Assembly: GCA_964637955.1 (NCBI GenBank)
Contig: CAZWXQ010000003.1
Coordinates: 159,154 to 223,153, forward strand
Length of the DNA stretch: 64,000 nt
Source: an uncultured Gammaproteobacteria bacterium
Lineage (GTDB): Bacteria; Patescibacteriota; Microgenomatia; Levybacterales; UBA12049
Direction: 5' to 3'
This document shows positions 10,439 through 20,095 of the stretch, piece after piece. A program made the translations under genes and the position numbers. The notes under the pieces were generated by a model. That model searched no databases, was not told the DNA's origin, and saw only the letters and a program-made list of their open reading frames with translations. How positions within the stretch are numbered: the first letter of the stretch is position 1; the number at the start of each line of letters is the position of its first letter.

Positions 10439-10477
10439 GTTTGGGACATTCCCGCCTTCCTAAGACAGAAGAACTAA
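10430..10477 (+). repeat. direct repeat copy 2: ftsZ C-terminal peptide sequence in frame after the NUDIX stop
   Basis: gatgaaTAAgtttgggacattcccgccttcctaagacagaagaactaa = [14 protein letters not shown]. Confidence 0.95.
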
Positions 10478-10530
10478 GTTCGAAAATAATCCTCATGTAT
10501 TAATTGTTTCGGTTTTGCTAATGTAGAATC

Positions 10531-12084
10531 ATGGAGTATATTTATCTGTTTAAAAATAAATATTATTTACTAACTTTAATTTTTGTTATTTCATTTTCAG
10601 TACACTTAATTGGGCTTAACAAAATAGGAAGGACTTGGGATGAAGGTTTTAAAGTAGATTCTGGATATATGGCGTTGGGAAATATTGCTTCTCGAGATTT
10701 TTCAGTAAACTCGTGGTATTTGGTTCCTGAGCATCCAATGGTAGGAAAGTATGCATATGGTTTGCTTATGGGCCCTCAGACCATAAGAATCGATGATGGA
10801 AATGGACATTTTGCAAATATATCTGATTTAGATATGGTTGCAATAACTACTGGTAACTATATTAAAACTCAGTTAGGAAATAAGCTTTATATGGTTTCCT
10901 ATGATTACACGATGGCAAGGGTTTTATCGGCTCTTTTCAATAGTCTTGCAATTACTTTTACTGTGTTAATTGCGCTAAATTTCCTAAGTGCATTTTGGTC
11001 ACTACTGGCTGGAATTTTTATGCTTCTTATTCCCAGATTTGTCGTTATGGGGCAGCTCGTTACTTTTGAGTCTTTGACAATCTTTTTATTTACCCTAACC
11101 CTATTAGTATTTTATAAATTATTAAATAAACCAAAAGACATAAAACTTTACCCAATCATGGGAATACTATGTGGTTTGTTATTTTGGACGAGATATAACA
11201 ACTACTTTGTATTCGTATTTTTATTTGGATGGATGATTTTGGACTATTATTTTAAGAGAAATAAAGAAATTTTTAATTATCGTCTTATTATAATTCCTAT
11301 AATTGCATTTTTTTTGGGAATTGTAATTTGGCCACTTGTTTGGAATGATTTCCCTAAATATCTTTTGGAATCCGTTTTATTTCATAAAGATAGACTAATT
11401 CCTTCATTTTATTATTTCCATAGGCTTATTATTACTACTCCTATTCCCATAATAATCGGAGTTGGTTTTGGATTGTTTTTTGCTCTAAGAGAAAAGAAAT
11501 ATTGGAATTATTTTTTTGCATTTTGGTTCATTTTTGTTTTAATTTATCACATGATTTTGGGTGTTCCAGGTGGAGGAACTAGATTTATTTTTATAATTTA
11601 TCCTGCAGTTGGAATAATGTGTGCATTTGGATATTTTAAGCTTCTTAAGAAAAAATGGATTTATGCACTTATTCCGATACTTGCGTTTATGATAATTGAT
11701 ATGGTTTCTTATTTTCCTTACTATCTCGACTATTACAATATGGCAATTGGAGGAGTAAAAGGGGCAAAGAAATTGCAGTATGAAGTTTCTTGGTGGGGCG
11801 AAGGTCAAAGAGGAGTAGGGAAATATATAAATAATAACGTGCCTTCTGGCGCAAGTGTTGGATATTATGTAGTTCCTAGGTATGTTGCACCTGCAACGAG
11901 AACTGATTTAAATAATTTGGGGTTTGTAGATGATACGGGAGCGGTTGCTGATTATGTAATGTTAAGTAGTGGAAGAGTACCTGAGTTTGAAAAGAAATAT
12001 AATGGGAAGTATGAAGTTATTTATTCAGAAAAAGTTAGAGGAGAAAATTTGGTTTTGCTTATGAAAAAGAAAAATACCAAATAA
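10531..12084 (+). CDS. GT-C fold membrane glycosyltransferase (ArnT/PMT_2-like)
   Basis: TM1 followed by TWDEG acidic motif, EHPMVGKY, ARVLSA, many TM segments, soluble C-terminal domain. Confidence 0.8.
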   Translation: MEYIYLFKNKYYLLTLIFVISFSVHLIGLNKIGRTWDEGFKVDSGYMALGNIASRDFSVNSWYLVPEHPMVGKYAYGLLMGPQTIRIDDGNGHFANISDLDMVAITTGNYIKTQLGNKLYMVSYDYTMARVLSALFNSLAITFTVLIALNFLSAFWSLLAGIFMLLIPRFVVMGQLVTFESLTIFLFTLTLLVFYKLLNKPKDIKLYPIMGILCGLLFWTRYNNYFVFVFLFGWMILDYYFKRNKEIFNYRLIIIPIIAFFLGIVIWPLVWNDFPKYLLESVLFHKDRLIPSFYYFHRLIITTPIPIIIGVGFGLFFALREKKYWNYFFAFWFIFVLIYHMILGVPGGGTRFIFIIYPAVGIMCAFGYFKLLKKKWIYALIPILAFMIIDMVSYFPYYLDYYNMAIGGVKGAKKLQYEVSWWGEGQRGVGKYINNNVPSGASVGYYVVPRYVAPATRTDLNNLGFVDDTGAVADYVMLSSGRVPEFEKKYNGKYEVIYSEKVRGENLVLLMKKKNTK

Positions 12085-12087
12085 TAT

Positions 12088-13341
12088 TTATCTGCGATAG
12101 TTAAATATTAGGTAATAGATTAGATAAGCTGATGCTCCAACAGCTTGGCCAATTAATATTCCCCAGCCAATACCAACAAGTCCAAATGAGGAAAGTAAAT
12201 ATGTACTTATTATTATGGCTGATGCTCCAATAAAATTTAAAATAATAAGTGCATTTATTTTATGTCTTATTCTGAGGATAGAATTTGTAAATAAAGATAC
12301 TGGAACGAAGAGTGCTGAAATTGAAATTATTTGTAAAAATTTAAAAGCATCTTCTTCAAAATTTTTTCCAAAAAAATGAAGAATATAATTACCAAAAAAG
12401 AAAATTATAATTACACTTGGAATAAGTAGTAAGAAAGTTATTTTTGAAGCTTTTAAAATATGCTTTTTAAGTTCTGTTTCGTCATGAGATCCTTCGGTAA
12501 GTAATGACTGTGAAACGGATGAGGGTATAGTGAGTAAAAGTGTGTAGATCATAATATCTATATAATAGTATGCTGCATAAGTTGCCCCAATAGAATTAAC
12601 AATTAGAATTGGAAGAATTAAAAGTGGCGTAGATGATAAAAGGTTGGCAATGTAATTTCCGCTTGAAAATTTGCCCATGCTTTTAATTAATGGTATATTA
12701 ACACCTAAGATTAAATGAAATTTGAATTTATAAATTAATATTCCAAGACCGAAGAAAAAGCTAATTGCCATCGCAAGTGAAAAAGCTGAGAAAAGTCCAT
12801 ATGCGCCAAATGCGGAAAATATAAATAGAAATAATATTTTTAAAGTACTTAGTATTAAGCTTTTTGAAAGAACGTTTCCTGCGTCTCTGTACGCAGTAAA
12901 TATATAATCTAAAAGACTATTTAAAGATATTACGATGGTAAAGAAGATGAAAGTTGATATGTAGATTAAATTGTTATTGAGAAAAGATAGTTTTGGAGAA
13001 AATATATTTATACCTATTAAAAATATAATACATACGATTAGACTAACAAATGTTATAAGAATTGAAGATGATGAAATCATTTCATTTTTGACTTCAGATT
13101 TGGGCAAAAATCTATTTAAGCTAATATTTAATCCAAGCATGCAAAAGCCGGATATTAAGGATGAAACGGATAATAATGTAGTTGCTACGCCAATTTGATC
13201 AGTCGTAAAGTTTTTTGCTGCTATAACCCAGAAGAAAAATCCAAAACCAGCCATTACACCTGAGCTTGCTATTAAATATATAGAATTTCTGTATAAATGA
13301 TCAGATCTGAAATGATTTATGATCGTCTTGAATCTACCCAT
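12088..13341 (-). CDS. oligosaccharide flippase (Wzx/MOP family)
   Basis: LYRNSIYL...GFFFWVIAAK...LNRFLP; about 12 TM. ATG GGT AGA TTC is read from 13341 on the reverse complement, so it is minus strand (track says +). Confidence 0.85.
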   Translation of the reverse strand: MGRFKTIINHFRSDHLYRNSIYLIASSGVMAGFGFFFWVIAAKNFTTDQIGVATTLLSVSSLISGFCMLGLNISLNRFLPKSEVKNEMISSSSILITFVSLIVCIIFLIGINIFSPKLSFLNNNLIYISTFIFFTIVISLNSLLDYIFTAYRDAGNVLSKSLILSTLKILFLFIFSAFGAYGLFSAFSLAMAISFFFGLGILIYKFKFHLILGVNIPLIKSMGKFSSGNYIANLLSSTPLLILPILIVNSIGATYAAYYYIDIMIYTLLLTIPSSVSQSLLTEGSHDETELKKHILKASKITFLLLIPSVIIIFFFGNYILHFFGKNFEEDAFKFLQIISISALFVPVSLFTNSILRIRHKINALIILNFIGASAIIISTYLLSSFGLVGIGWGILIGQAVGASAYLIYYLIFNYRR

Positions 13342-13534
13342 ACATTCATTATATATGTTAATTGCCCAACATCTATAGAAGTAATTATTTTTGTCCTCGA
13401 GGTAAATTTTATATAGGATATATCAGCTTCAGTATAGATATATATCAATAAACATCAGTTTAAGATTGATAACATTGCTTTAGCATTGACATTATAGGCC
13501 ATTTATGATATATATGGCTATTCATATCTCAATT

Positions 13535-13741
13535 ATGATTGATATAAGTAAAACTAACTTCCTTACAGTTGCAGAGGTTTCAGCACTACTGCGATTAAGT
13601 GAGCTTACTATTTATAAATACCTTAAAGAAGGTAAGCTTGAAGCAGTCGAATTTGGCGGTCATTATCGCATTTCAGAATCTTCATTATTTAAATTTATTG
13701 AAAAGCATAAAGTAAATTCAGTTAAGGAGGAAAATGAATAA
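13535..13741 (+). CDS. small excisionase-family (HTH_17) DNA-binding protein
   Basis: FLTVAEVSALLRLSELTIYKYLKEGKLEAVEFGGHYRI; start uncertain (13505, 13514 or 13535). Confidence 0.85.
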   Translation: MIDISKTNFLTVAEVSALLRLSELTIYKYLKEGKLEAVEFGGHYRISESSLFKFIEKHKVNSVKEENE

Positions 13742-16700
13742 CGAATCTACTGGGTTGAGTATTATCGTTCCTACATATAATGAAGAAGCTAATATTAAAT
13801 TATTAGTTGAAAGAATTCACGCTGCTTTATCTGATGCAAAAATAAATTATGAAATAATTTTTGTTGATGATCACTCTACAGACCAGACTCAAAATGTGAT
13901 CAGTAATCTAGCCATTTTTTTTCCAATCATTTCAACTACTAAGGTAGGCAAAAAAGGTAAAGCATATTCAATATTAGAAGGTGCTAAATTTGCTCAGTTT
14001 GATAATTTAGCCATGATTGACGCAGATCTTCAATATCCGCCAGAAGCTCTTCCGAAAATGGTAAACATGCTTAAGTATTCTGATTTGGTAATTTCAAATA
14101 GAAAAACATATAAAGATACAAAACTTAGAAAAGTTTTAAGTCGTACATTCAAGTTTATGTTTGGAAAGGTTTTATTTGGACTTAATTATGATATTCAATC
14201 AGGACTTAAAGTGTTTACAAGAGAAGTTTTTGAAACATTAAAGTATATGCCTTCATCTTCTTGGACATTTGATCTTGAGTTTTTACATAGGGCGAAACAG
14301 GCAGGATTTCATATGAGCAGCTATGATATTACTTTCACCAAAAGAGCAAAAGGAAATTCAAAAATGGGGATCATGAAGCAAGTTATAGAAATTGGATCTA
14401 ATGCAATAAGAGTCAAAGCAAAAAGAATTAGACCTGTTCATATTGCTCCAAAAAGTTTAGATTCTATGAAAGGTGCTGGAATAGGTTATAAAAAAAGAAA
14501 GTATATTACTCATACTACTATTCCACATCACTTATCAGCTTTAACTACCGTAACTAAATTACAAAAATTTATCGTAATTATGATTGTTGGAATTTTAATT
14601 GTTGGAATACTGACAACGCCGATGCTAACTTTAAAGTTGTTAATTGGAGTTCTAAGTTTTATATACCTGGCAGATGTATTATTTAATTTATTTTTAATTT
14701 CAAAAAGCTTAAATAGTCCTCAGGAAATTATATCTTCAAAAGATGAGATTGATTCAGTGAAGAATTCAGATTTGCCAATATATTCTATACTTTGTCCACT
14801 CTATAAAGAGGCTCAGATTATTCCGCAATTTTTAGAAGCTATTGAAAAAATTTCGTGGCCAAAAGATAAGCTTGATGTAATATTACTTTTGGAAGAAGAC
14901 GATAGGGTAACGATCGATGTTGCAGCAAGAATGGATTTACCTTCTTTTGTTAGAACAATTATTGTTCCACATTCAATTCCTAAAACAAAACCTAAGGCAT
15001 GTAACTATGGACTTGCATTTGCAAAAGGAGAGTATGTAGTTGTTTATGATGCAGAAGATATCCCAGATGTAGACCAATTAAAAAAAGCATTTCTTGGTTT
15101 TAAGAAAAGTTCAGAAAACGTAATATGTCTTCAAGCGAGACTTAATTATTACAATCCTCACCAGAATTTATTAACAAGATTTTTTACAGCAGAGTACTCA
15201 CTTTGGTTTGATGTAACGCTTCCTGGAATGGTGGCGATTGAAACTGCTTTGCCATTGGGTGGAACCAGTAATCATTTCAAAACAAAATACTTACAGTCTG
15301 TTCATGGATGGGATCCATTTAATGTGACTGAAGATGCCGATTTAGGAATCCGGCTTTTTAACCAAGGATATAAAACTGCAATGATTGATTCAACAACTCT
15401 TGAAGAAGCAAATAGTAATCTTAAAAATTGGTTTAGGCAAAGATCACGTTGGATAAAAGGGTATATGCAGACATATCTGGTGCATACGAGACGAAATGGT
15501 GTTTCAAGCAATAAGAAATCAAAACACTCTTTATATTTTCAATTAATAATTGGAGGAAAAATCGCTTTTGTTCTTATAAATCCTATTCTTTGGATTGCTA
15601 CATTTGCATATTTTGCACTTTATTCATATGTAGGGCCTAGTATAGAACAGCTATATCCCAATGTCATATTTTATATGGCTATATTTTCTCTCGTAGTTGG
15701 CAATTTCCTCTTCCTTTATTACTACATGATTGGACTTGCGAAGAAAGGACAATGGAGTCTTATTAAATATGTGTTATTAGTTCCTATTTATTGGTTAATG
15801 ATAAGTATTTCTGCATTCATCGCTTTGTATCAATTAATATTTAAACCTCACTACTGGGAAAAAACAGTTCATGGTTTACACTTGAAGAAAGATGAAGTTA
15901 AAGAAAAAGTAAACGTTGTGGAAGAGATCCCCGCATATGATGATATCTCAAAGAAAAGACTTAGATATATTAATATTAAGCAAATTGCTGCAGTTACTAT
16001 ATACTCATTAGGAATATTATTCATTTTTCAAGATAATATTTTATATGCTTCATTAGTTTTGTTAAGTTCATTCTTAATTTACGTCATCTATACTTTATTG
16101 TTTCCTCTTTTAGCAGATTTATTACGCTCTGTGTTTTCAAATTTAAGTGATTTACTTAGTATGTTTAAAAAATCAAATGAGGAAAGCAGTGGAATTAGGA
16201 TTTTAGTATTAAATTGGAGAGACAGTAAGCATAAATGGGCTGGTGGGGCAGAGGTATATGCACATGAGTTAGCTAAAAGATGGGTAAAGGATGGCAATAG
16301 TGTAACAATGTTTTCTGGAAATGATGGAAAGAATAAAAGTAATGAAACTATTGATGGCGTAAATATCATAAGGCATGGAGGTTTTTATACAGTCTATTTC
16401 TGGGCTTTTGCTTACTATGTAATTAAATTTCGCGGAAAATTTGACGTAATTATTGATACTGAGAATGGAATTCCATTCTTCTCGCCTTTATATTCTAGAA
16501 AGAAAAAATTTCTCTTGATTCACCATGTTCATCAGGAAGTATTTAGAAAAAGTTTAAGATGGCCATTTTCAGACCTAGCATTATTTTTAGAAGCAAAACT
16601 TATGCCGTTTGTTTATAGAAATGTTCAAGTAATCACAGTTTCTCCGTCATCAAAAAAAGAAATTTTAAAACATAAGCTGACTAAAAAAGATCCAATAGTC

Positions 16701-17345
16701 ATCTATAACGGTGTAAATCATGACATATTTAAGCCCGCTAAAAAAAGTCAAAAGCCAATGGTCATATATCTTGGTAGACTTCAGTACTATAAAAGTTTAC
16801 ATATTTTTATAGTAGCTGCAAAAAGAATACTTAAGAAAAATCCAAAAGTTCAGTTTGTTATCGCTGGCGAAGGTGAGGAAAAAAAGAAGCTAATGAATTT
16901 TGCTAAAAAATTGGAAATTTCTGATCAAGTTAATTTTTTAGGCAAAGTAACTGAAGAAGAAAAAGTAAAGATATTTCAAGAAGCATGGGTATTTGTTAAC
17001 CCTTCTTATATGGAGGGATGGGGAATTACTACGATTGAAGCAAACGCTTGTGGAGTCCCAGCTGTTGCTTCAAATGTAGCAGGATTAAAAGATGCTATTA
17101 AAAATAATGAAACGGGATTTTTGGTTGATTATAAAGACTATGACAGTTTCACAAAAAGTATATTAGCTTTAATCGATGATGAATCATTAAGAAAAAGAAT
17201 GTCAGAAAATGCATTAAATTGGTCAAAGAAATTTAGCTGGGATATTAGCGCTGAGTTGTTCCTTGAAGTTATTAAGATCTCATTACAAGAAGATGATTAC
17301 AAATCAGAATCTTATACAAATATATTTTTAATGCAAAAAAACTAA
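13734..17345 (+). CDS. three-domain glycosyltransferase: DPM1-like GT2 + membrane processive GT2 synthase + GT4
   Basis: IIVPTYNEE/VDDHSTD/DADLQYPPE; PKTKPKACNY, YDAED, GGTSNHF, TEDADLG, QRSRW, WEKTVHG; WAGGAEVY, LGRL, EGWGITTIEA; AGGAGG SD. Confidence 0.92.
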   Translation: MNNESTGLSIIVPTYNEEANIKLLVERIHAALSDAKINYEIIFVDDHSTDQTQNVISNLAIFFPIISTTKVGKKGKAYSILEGAKFAQFDNLAMIDADLQYPPEALPKMVNMLKYSDLVISNRKTYKDTKLRKVLSRTFKFMFGKVLFGLNYDIQSGLKVFTREVFETLKYMPSSSWTFDLEFLHRAKQAGFHMSSYDITFTKRAKGNSKMGIMKQVIEIGSNAIRVKAKRIRPVHIAPKSLDSMKGAGIGYKKRKYITHTTIPHHLSALTTVTKLQKFIVIMIVGILIVGILTTPMLTLKLLIGVLSFIYLADVLFNLFLISKSLNSPQEIISSKDEIDSVKNSDLPIYSILCPLYKEAQIIPQFLEAIEKISWPKDKLDVILLLEEDDRVTIDVAARMDLPSFVRTIIVPHSIPKTKPKACNYGLAFAKGEYVVVYDAEDIPDVDQLKKAFLGFKKSSENVICLQARLNYYNPHQNLLTRFFTAEYSLWFDVTLPGMVAIETALPLGGTSNHFKTKYLQSVHGWDPFNVTEDADLGIRLFNQGYKTAMIDSTTLEEANSNLKNWFRQRSRWIKGYMQTYLVHTRRNGVSSNKKSKHSLYFQLIIGGKIAFVLINPILWIATFAYFALYSYVGPSIEQLYPNVIFYMAIFSLVVGNFLFLYYYMIGLAKKGQWSLIKYVLLVPIYWLMISISAFIALYQLIFKPHYWEKTVHGLHLKKDEVKEKVNVVEEIPAYDDISKKRLRYINIKQIAAVTIYSLGILFIFQDNILYASLVLLSSFLIYVIYTLLFPLLADLLRSVFSNLSDLLSMFKKSNEESSGIRILVLNWRDSKHKWAGGAEVYAHELAKRWVKDGNSVTMFSGNDGKNKSNETIDGVNIIRHGGFYTVYFWAFAYYVIKFRGKFDVIIDTENGIPFFSPLYSRKKKFLLIHHVHQEVFRKSLRWPFSDLALFLEAKLMPFVYRNVQVITVSPSSKKEILKHKLTKKDPIVIYNGVNHDIFKPAKKSQKPMVIYLGRLQYYKSLHIFIVAAKRILKKNPKVQFVIAGEGEEKKKLMNFAKKLEISDQVNFLGKVTEEEKVKIFQEAWVFVNPSYMEGWGITTIEANACGVPAVASNVAGLKDAIKNNETGFLVDYKDYDSFTKSILALIDDESLRKRMSENALNWSKKFSWDISAELFLEVIKISLQEDDYKSESYTNIFLMQKN

Positions 17346-17346
17346 T

Positions 17347-18393
17347 ATGAAAAAAGAAAATTTAAAAAGTCATAAAAACAGTTTCAATCTACTTAACATT
17401 ATTATCTTAGAGTTTTTTGATTTACTAGTGAAAAGATTTGTAAAACCACAAAAGTTTAATGCACCAAAGGAGATAGGTAGTTATAAATTAAAATTTAAAT
17501 TTAAAAAACAATGGAAATCAGACACGGGTAAGCTAGGAATATATGAATCAATTGACGGTAAAAAAGCATTTGGAAAGACTGTTAATTATAAATATAAAAA
17601 CGCATCTTACATAAAGCTTAAAAATGAAATCGAAATTTATAAATTAATAGATAAAGTAATATCTAATTTAACAAAAAAAAATAAATCTAAATTTAATAGT
17701 TTTAGAATTCCAAAGTTCATTCATAGTAGTGAGTCTAAAAATTCGCTATCACTATTAGTCGAGTATGTGGAAGGAATTAGGGCGGATAATCTTTCTTCCG
17801 ATGATAAATTTAATCTTTATATAAAAAATATTGATTTTCTAGATAATCTTGGAAGCTCTATGTCCAATTCGCAAAAAAATACATTTTATAAAAGAACTTC
17901 GATTAATTATGTTTTACTTTATCCTTTATTATTGATTTTTGCTTTGATTAGAAATTTTGAATCAAGGAAAGAATTGCTAAGAGGAGCATTTATATTTATA
18001 AAGAATTTTAATCTTTTATTTTTGCAAAATAAATTAGTTTTAACTCATAGGGATCTTCATTTTAAAAACATAATAGTAAATGAGAAAGAAAATATATTAA
18101 TAGATTTTGAATCAGCAGTATTTACAGTTCCATATTATGATGTTGTTACAACTTTAAGATATGAATGGAATGATTTAGAATTTACTAAATTGCTAATTTC
18201 AACAATAGAGAAAGAAAATATATTAAATAATAAATTTGAAAATTATTTTAAATTATTGATGATAATCTCCTCTACCCATGGTTTGACTGCGAACAATTTT
18301 TCTAAAAAAGAAATTAATCAAATAAATAAGTTTTTGTCTTTCGGGCTTGCATATAAGTTTAATAAGACAAATATACAAGGAGCATTTTCATGA
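17347..18393 (+). CDS. APH/choline kinase-like phosphotransferase
   Basis: LTHRDLHFKNII and LIDFE catalytic motifs; LLVEYVEG hinge. Confidence 0.8.
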   Translation: MKKENLKSHKNSFNLLNIIILEFFDLLVKRFVKPQKFNAPKEIGSYKLKFKFKKQWKSDTGKLGIYESIDGKKAFGKTVNYKYKNASYIKLKNEIEIYKLIDKVISNLTKKNKSKFNSFRIPKFIHSSESKNSLSLLVEYVEGIRADNLSSDDKFNLYIKNIDFLDNLGSSMSNSQKNTFYKRTSINYVLLYPLLLIFALIRNFESRKELLRGAFIFIKNFNLLFLQNKLVLTHRDLHFKNIIVNEKENILIDFESAVFTVPYYDVVTTLRYEWNDLEFTKLLISTIEKENILNNKFENYFKLLMIISSTHGLTANNFSKKEINQINKFLSFGLAYKFNKTNIQGAFS

Positions 18394-19187
18394 TGAAGAA
18401 TCATTTTTTTACACTTAGAAAAATTTTATTTAGAATAACTTACCTAGTTTCTAAGTTAATTCCTGGGAAAAGCGTTTCTGTGCTTTGCTTTCACAGTATC
18501 TCAAAATCAAATGACAGATATTCTGTTTCGCCTGAGAAATTTAAAAAAGAGATTGAAATAATTTCTAAACATTCTGATTTCATAAGTTTTAAAGATTTTT
18601 TGGATAACAGAAACAAAAAAAAATCATCTGTAATAATTACATTTGATGATGGATACAAAGACATAATTGGAATAGTGCCAATTATTAAAAGATATAATAT
18701 TAAGCCGATACTATTTGTTTTATCAAATCATAGAAATGTTAATAGAATCGAAATTGAGAACGATAATAAATTATTAACTATTAAAGAAATTAGATATTTA
18801 GTAAAAAATGGTTTTGAAATTGGTTCTCACAGTGCAACTCATTCTAATTTGTCCAAAATTTCAGATAATGAATTAATTGAAGAAGTAATAAATAGCAGAA
18901 GGATTCTTCAAGAACAATTGCGAGTGGATATTAATTATTTTGCATATCCGAAAGGAATAAATAATAAAAAAATAGTCAATATCGTGAAGAAAGCAGGATA
19001 TAAATATGCTTTTACTGTTGAACCTGGAAATTTAAATGAAAAAAATGATAATTATAGACTTCCAAGAACAATTATAGATAAAACACATCAATTGTCTGAA
19101 TTTCCAGGAGTATATTCTAAAGGGACGTACATAATTAGGAAAAATACAAATAGATTTAAATTATGGGAGAGGTTTTTAAGTATATGA
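18390..19187 (+). CDS. polysaccharide deacetylase (CE4, IcaB/NodB-like)
   Basis: LCFHSI, ITFDDGY, GSHSATH, FAYPKG, LPR. Confidence 0.92.
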   Translation: MMKNHFFTLRKILFRITYLVSKLIPGKSVSVLCFHSISKSNDRYSVSPEKFKKEIEIISKHSDFISFKDFLDNRNKKKSSVIITFDDGYKDIIGIVPIIKRYNIKPILFVLSNHRNVNRIEIENDNKLLTIKEIRYLVKNGFEIGSHSATHSNLSKISDNELIEEVINSRRILQEQLRVDINYFAYPKGINNKKIVNIVKKAGYKYAFTVEPGNLNEKNDNYRLPRTIIDKTHQLSEFPGVYSKGTYIIRKNTNRFKLWERFLSI

Positions 19188-20095
19188 AAAAAATTAGCGT
19201 AACTGTCGGAATTCCGGCATACAATGAAGAAAAAAATATTGAAAATATATTAAATGATATTCTATTTCAGGATAAGAATTCATTTGTTCTTAAAAAAATA
19301 TATGTTTCATCTGATGGAAGTACGGATGAAACGAGTAAAATTGTTAAAAGATTTGTTAAAAAGTATGATTTTATAACTCTTTTAGATAATAAGGAAAAGT
19401 TGGGTAAATCAACAAGATTAAATGAGTTATATAAACTAAGCAATACAGATATTTATATTAATTTTGATGCAGATCAAAAGCTCGGAGATAAGTTTGTGAT
19501 AGAAGAAATAATTAAGAAATTTAATAAAAGTAAAGTAGGTGTAGTTGGGGCGTCATCTTTACCTATGAAGCCAAAGAAGTTTTTTGAAAAAATTGTAGTT
19601 GCTTGGATAAATGTGTGGATATCAGTAAGAGAAGATTATAAAAAAGGAAATACAATTCATAATCATTTGGGATGCGCTTCTGCAATGAGGAAAAATATTT
19701 ATAAAAATATTAATTTACCAAAAAATTTAATTGCTGATGAAGATTATATTTATTTTTCAGCAATGAAAATGGGATATGATTTTAGATTTGCAAAGAATGC
19801 AAGGGTATATTATAAAAGTGCTTCAAATATTAATGATTTTTTCATACAGCATTCAAGATTCTTAATGATTAAGGATATAGTTGCTGAGCATTTTGGTTCT
19901 TGGGTTTTAGATTATTATATAATCCCAAAAAAATATAAGATAAACAGTTTGCTGAAGAATTTAATTAGAAATCCAATTTATTTATCCTTTTCAATTGTTC
20001 TCCAAATGTTGTTAGTTATTTATAAAAAATTAAATAATGAAAATTATAATTCAGGTAAGTGGAAAGAAGTAAAAACATCTAAGGTCTTAATATGA
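19184..20095 (+). CDS. GT2 glycosyltransferase (paralog 1 of 3)
   Basis: GIPAYNEE, SDGSTD, DAD, ED, QHSRF; start at ATGA overlap 19184. Confidence 0.9.
   Translation: MKKISVTVGIPAYNEEKNIENILNDILFQDKNSFVLKKIYVSSDGSTDETSKIVKRFVKKYDFITLLDNKEKLGKSTRLNELYKLSNTDIYINFDADQKLGDKFVIEEIIKKFNKSKVGVVGASSLPMKPKKFFEKIVVAWINVWISVREDYKKGNTIHNHLGCASAMRKNIYKNINLPKNLIADEDYIYFSAMKMGYDFRFAKNARVYYKSASNINDFFIQHSRFLMIKDIVAEHFGSWVLDYYIIPKKYKINSLLKNLIRNPIYLSFSIVLQMLLVIYKKLNNENYNSGKWKEVKTSKVLI

Noticed and set aside
9910-10477. Repeat pair as CRISPR, DGR template/variable repeat or classical attL/attR
   Set aside because: Only two copies; no cas, reverse transcriptase or integrase; mismatches follow codon synonymy, not adenine positions
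12088-13341. Plus-strand label given by the ORF track
   Set aside because: The listed protein is encoded by the reverse complement starting at 13341; annotated as minus strand
13505-13741. Prophage or ICE implied by the excisionase-like gene
   Set aside because: No integrase, phage or conjugation genes and no flanking att repeats seen
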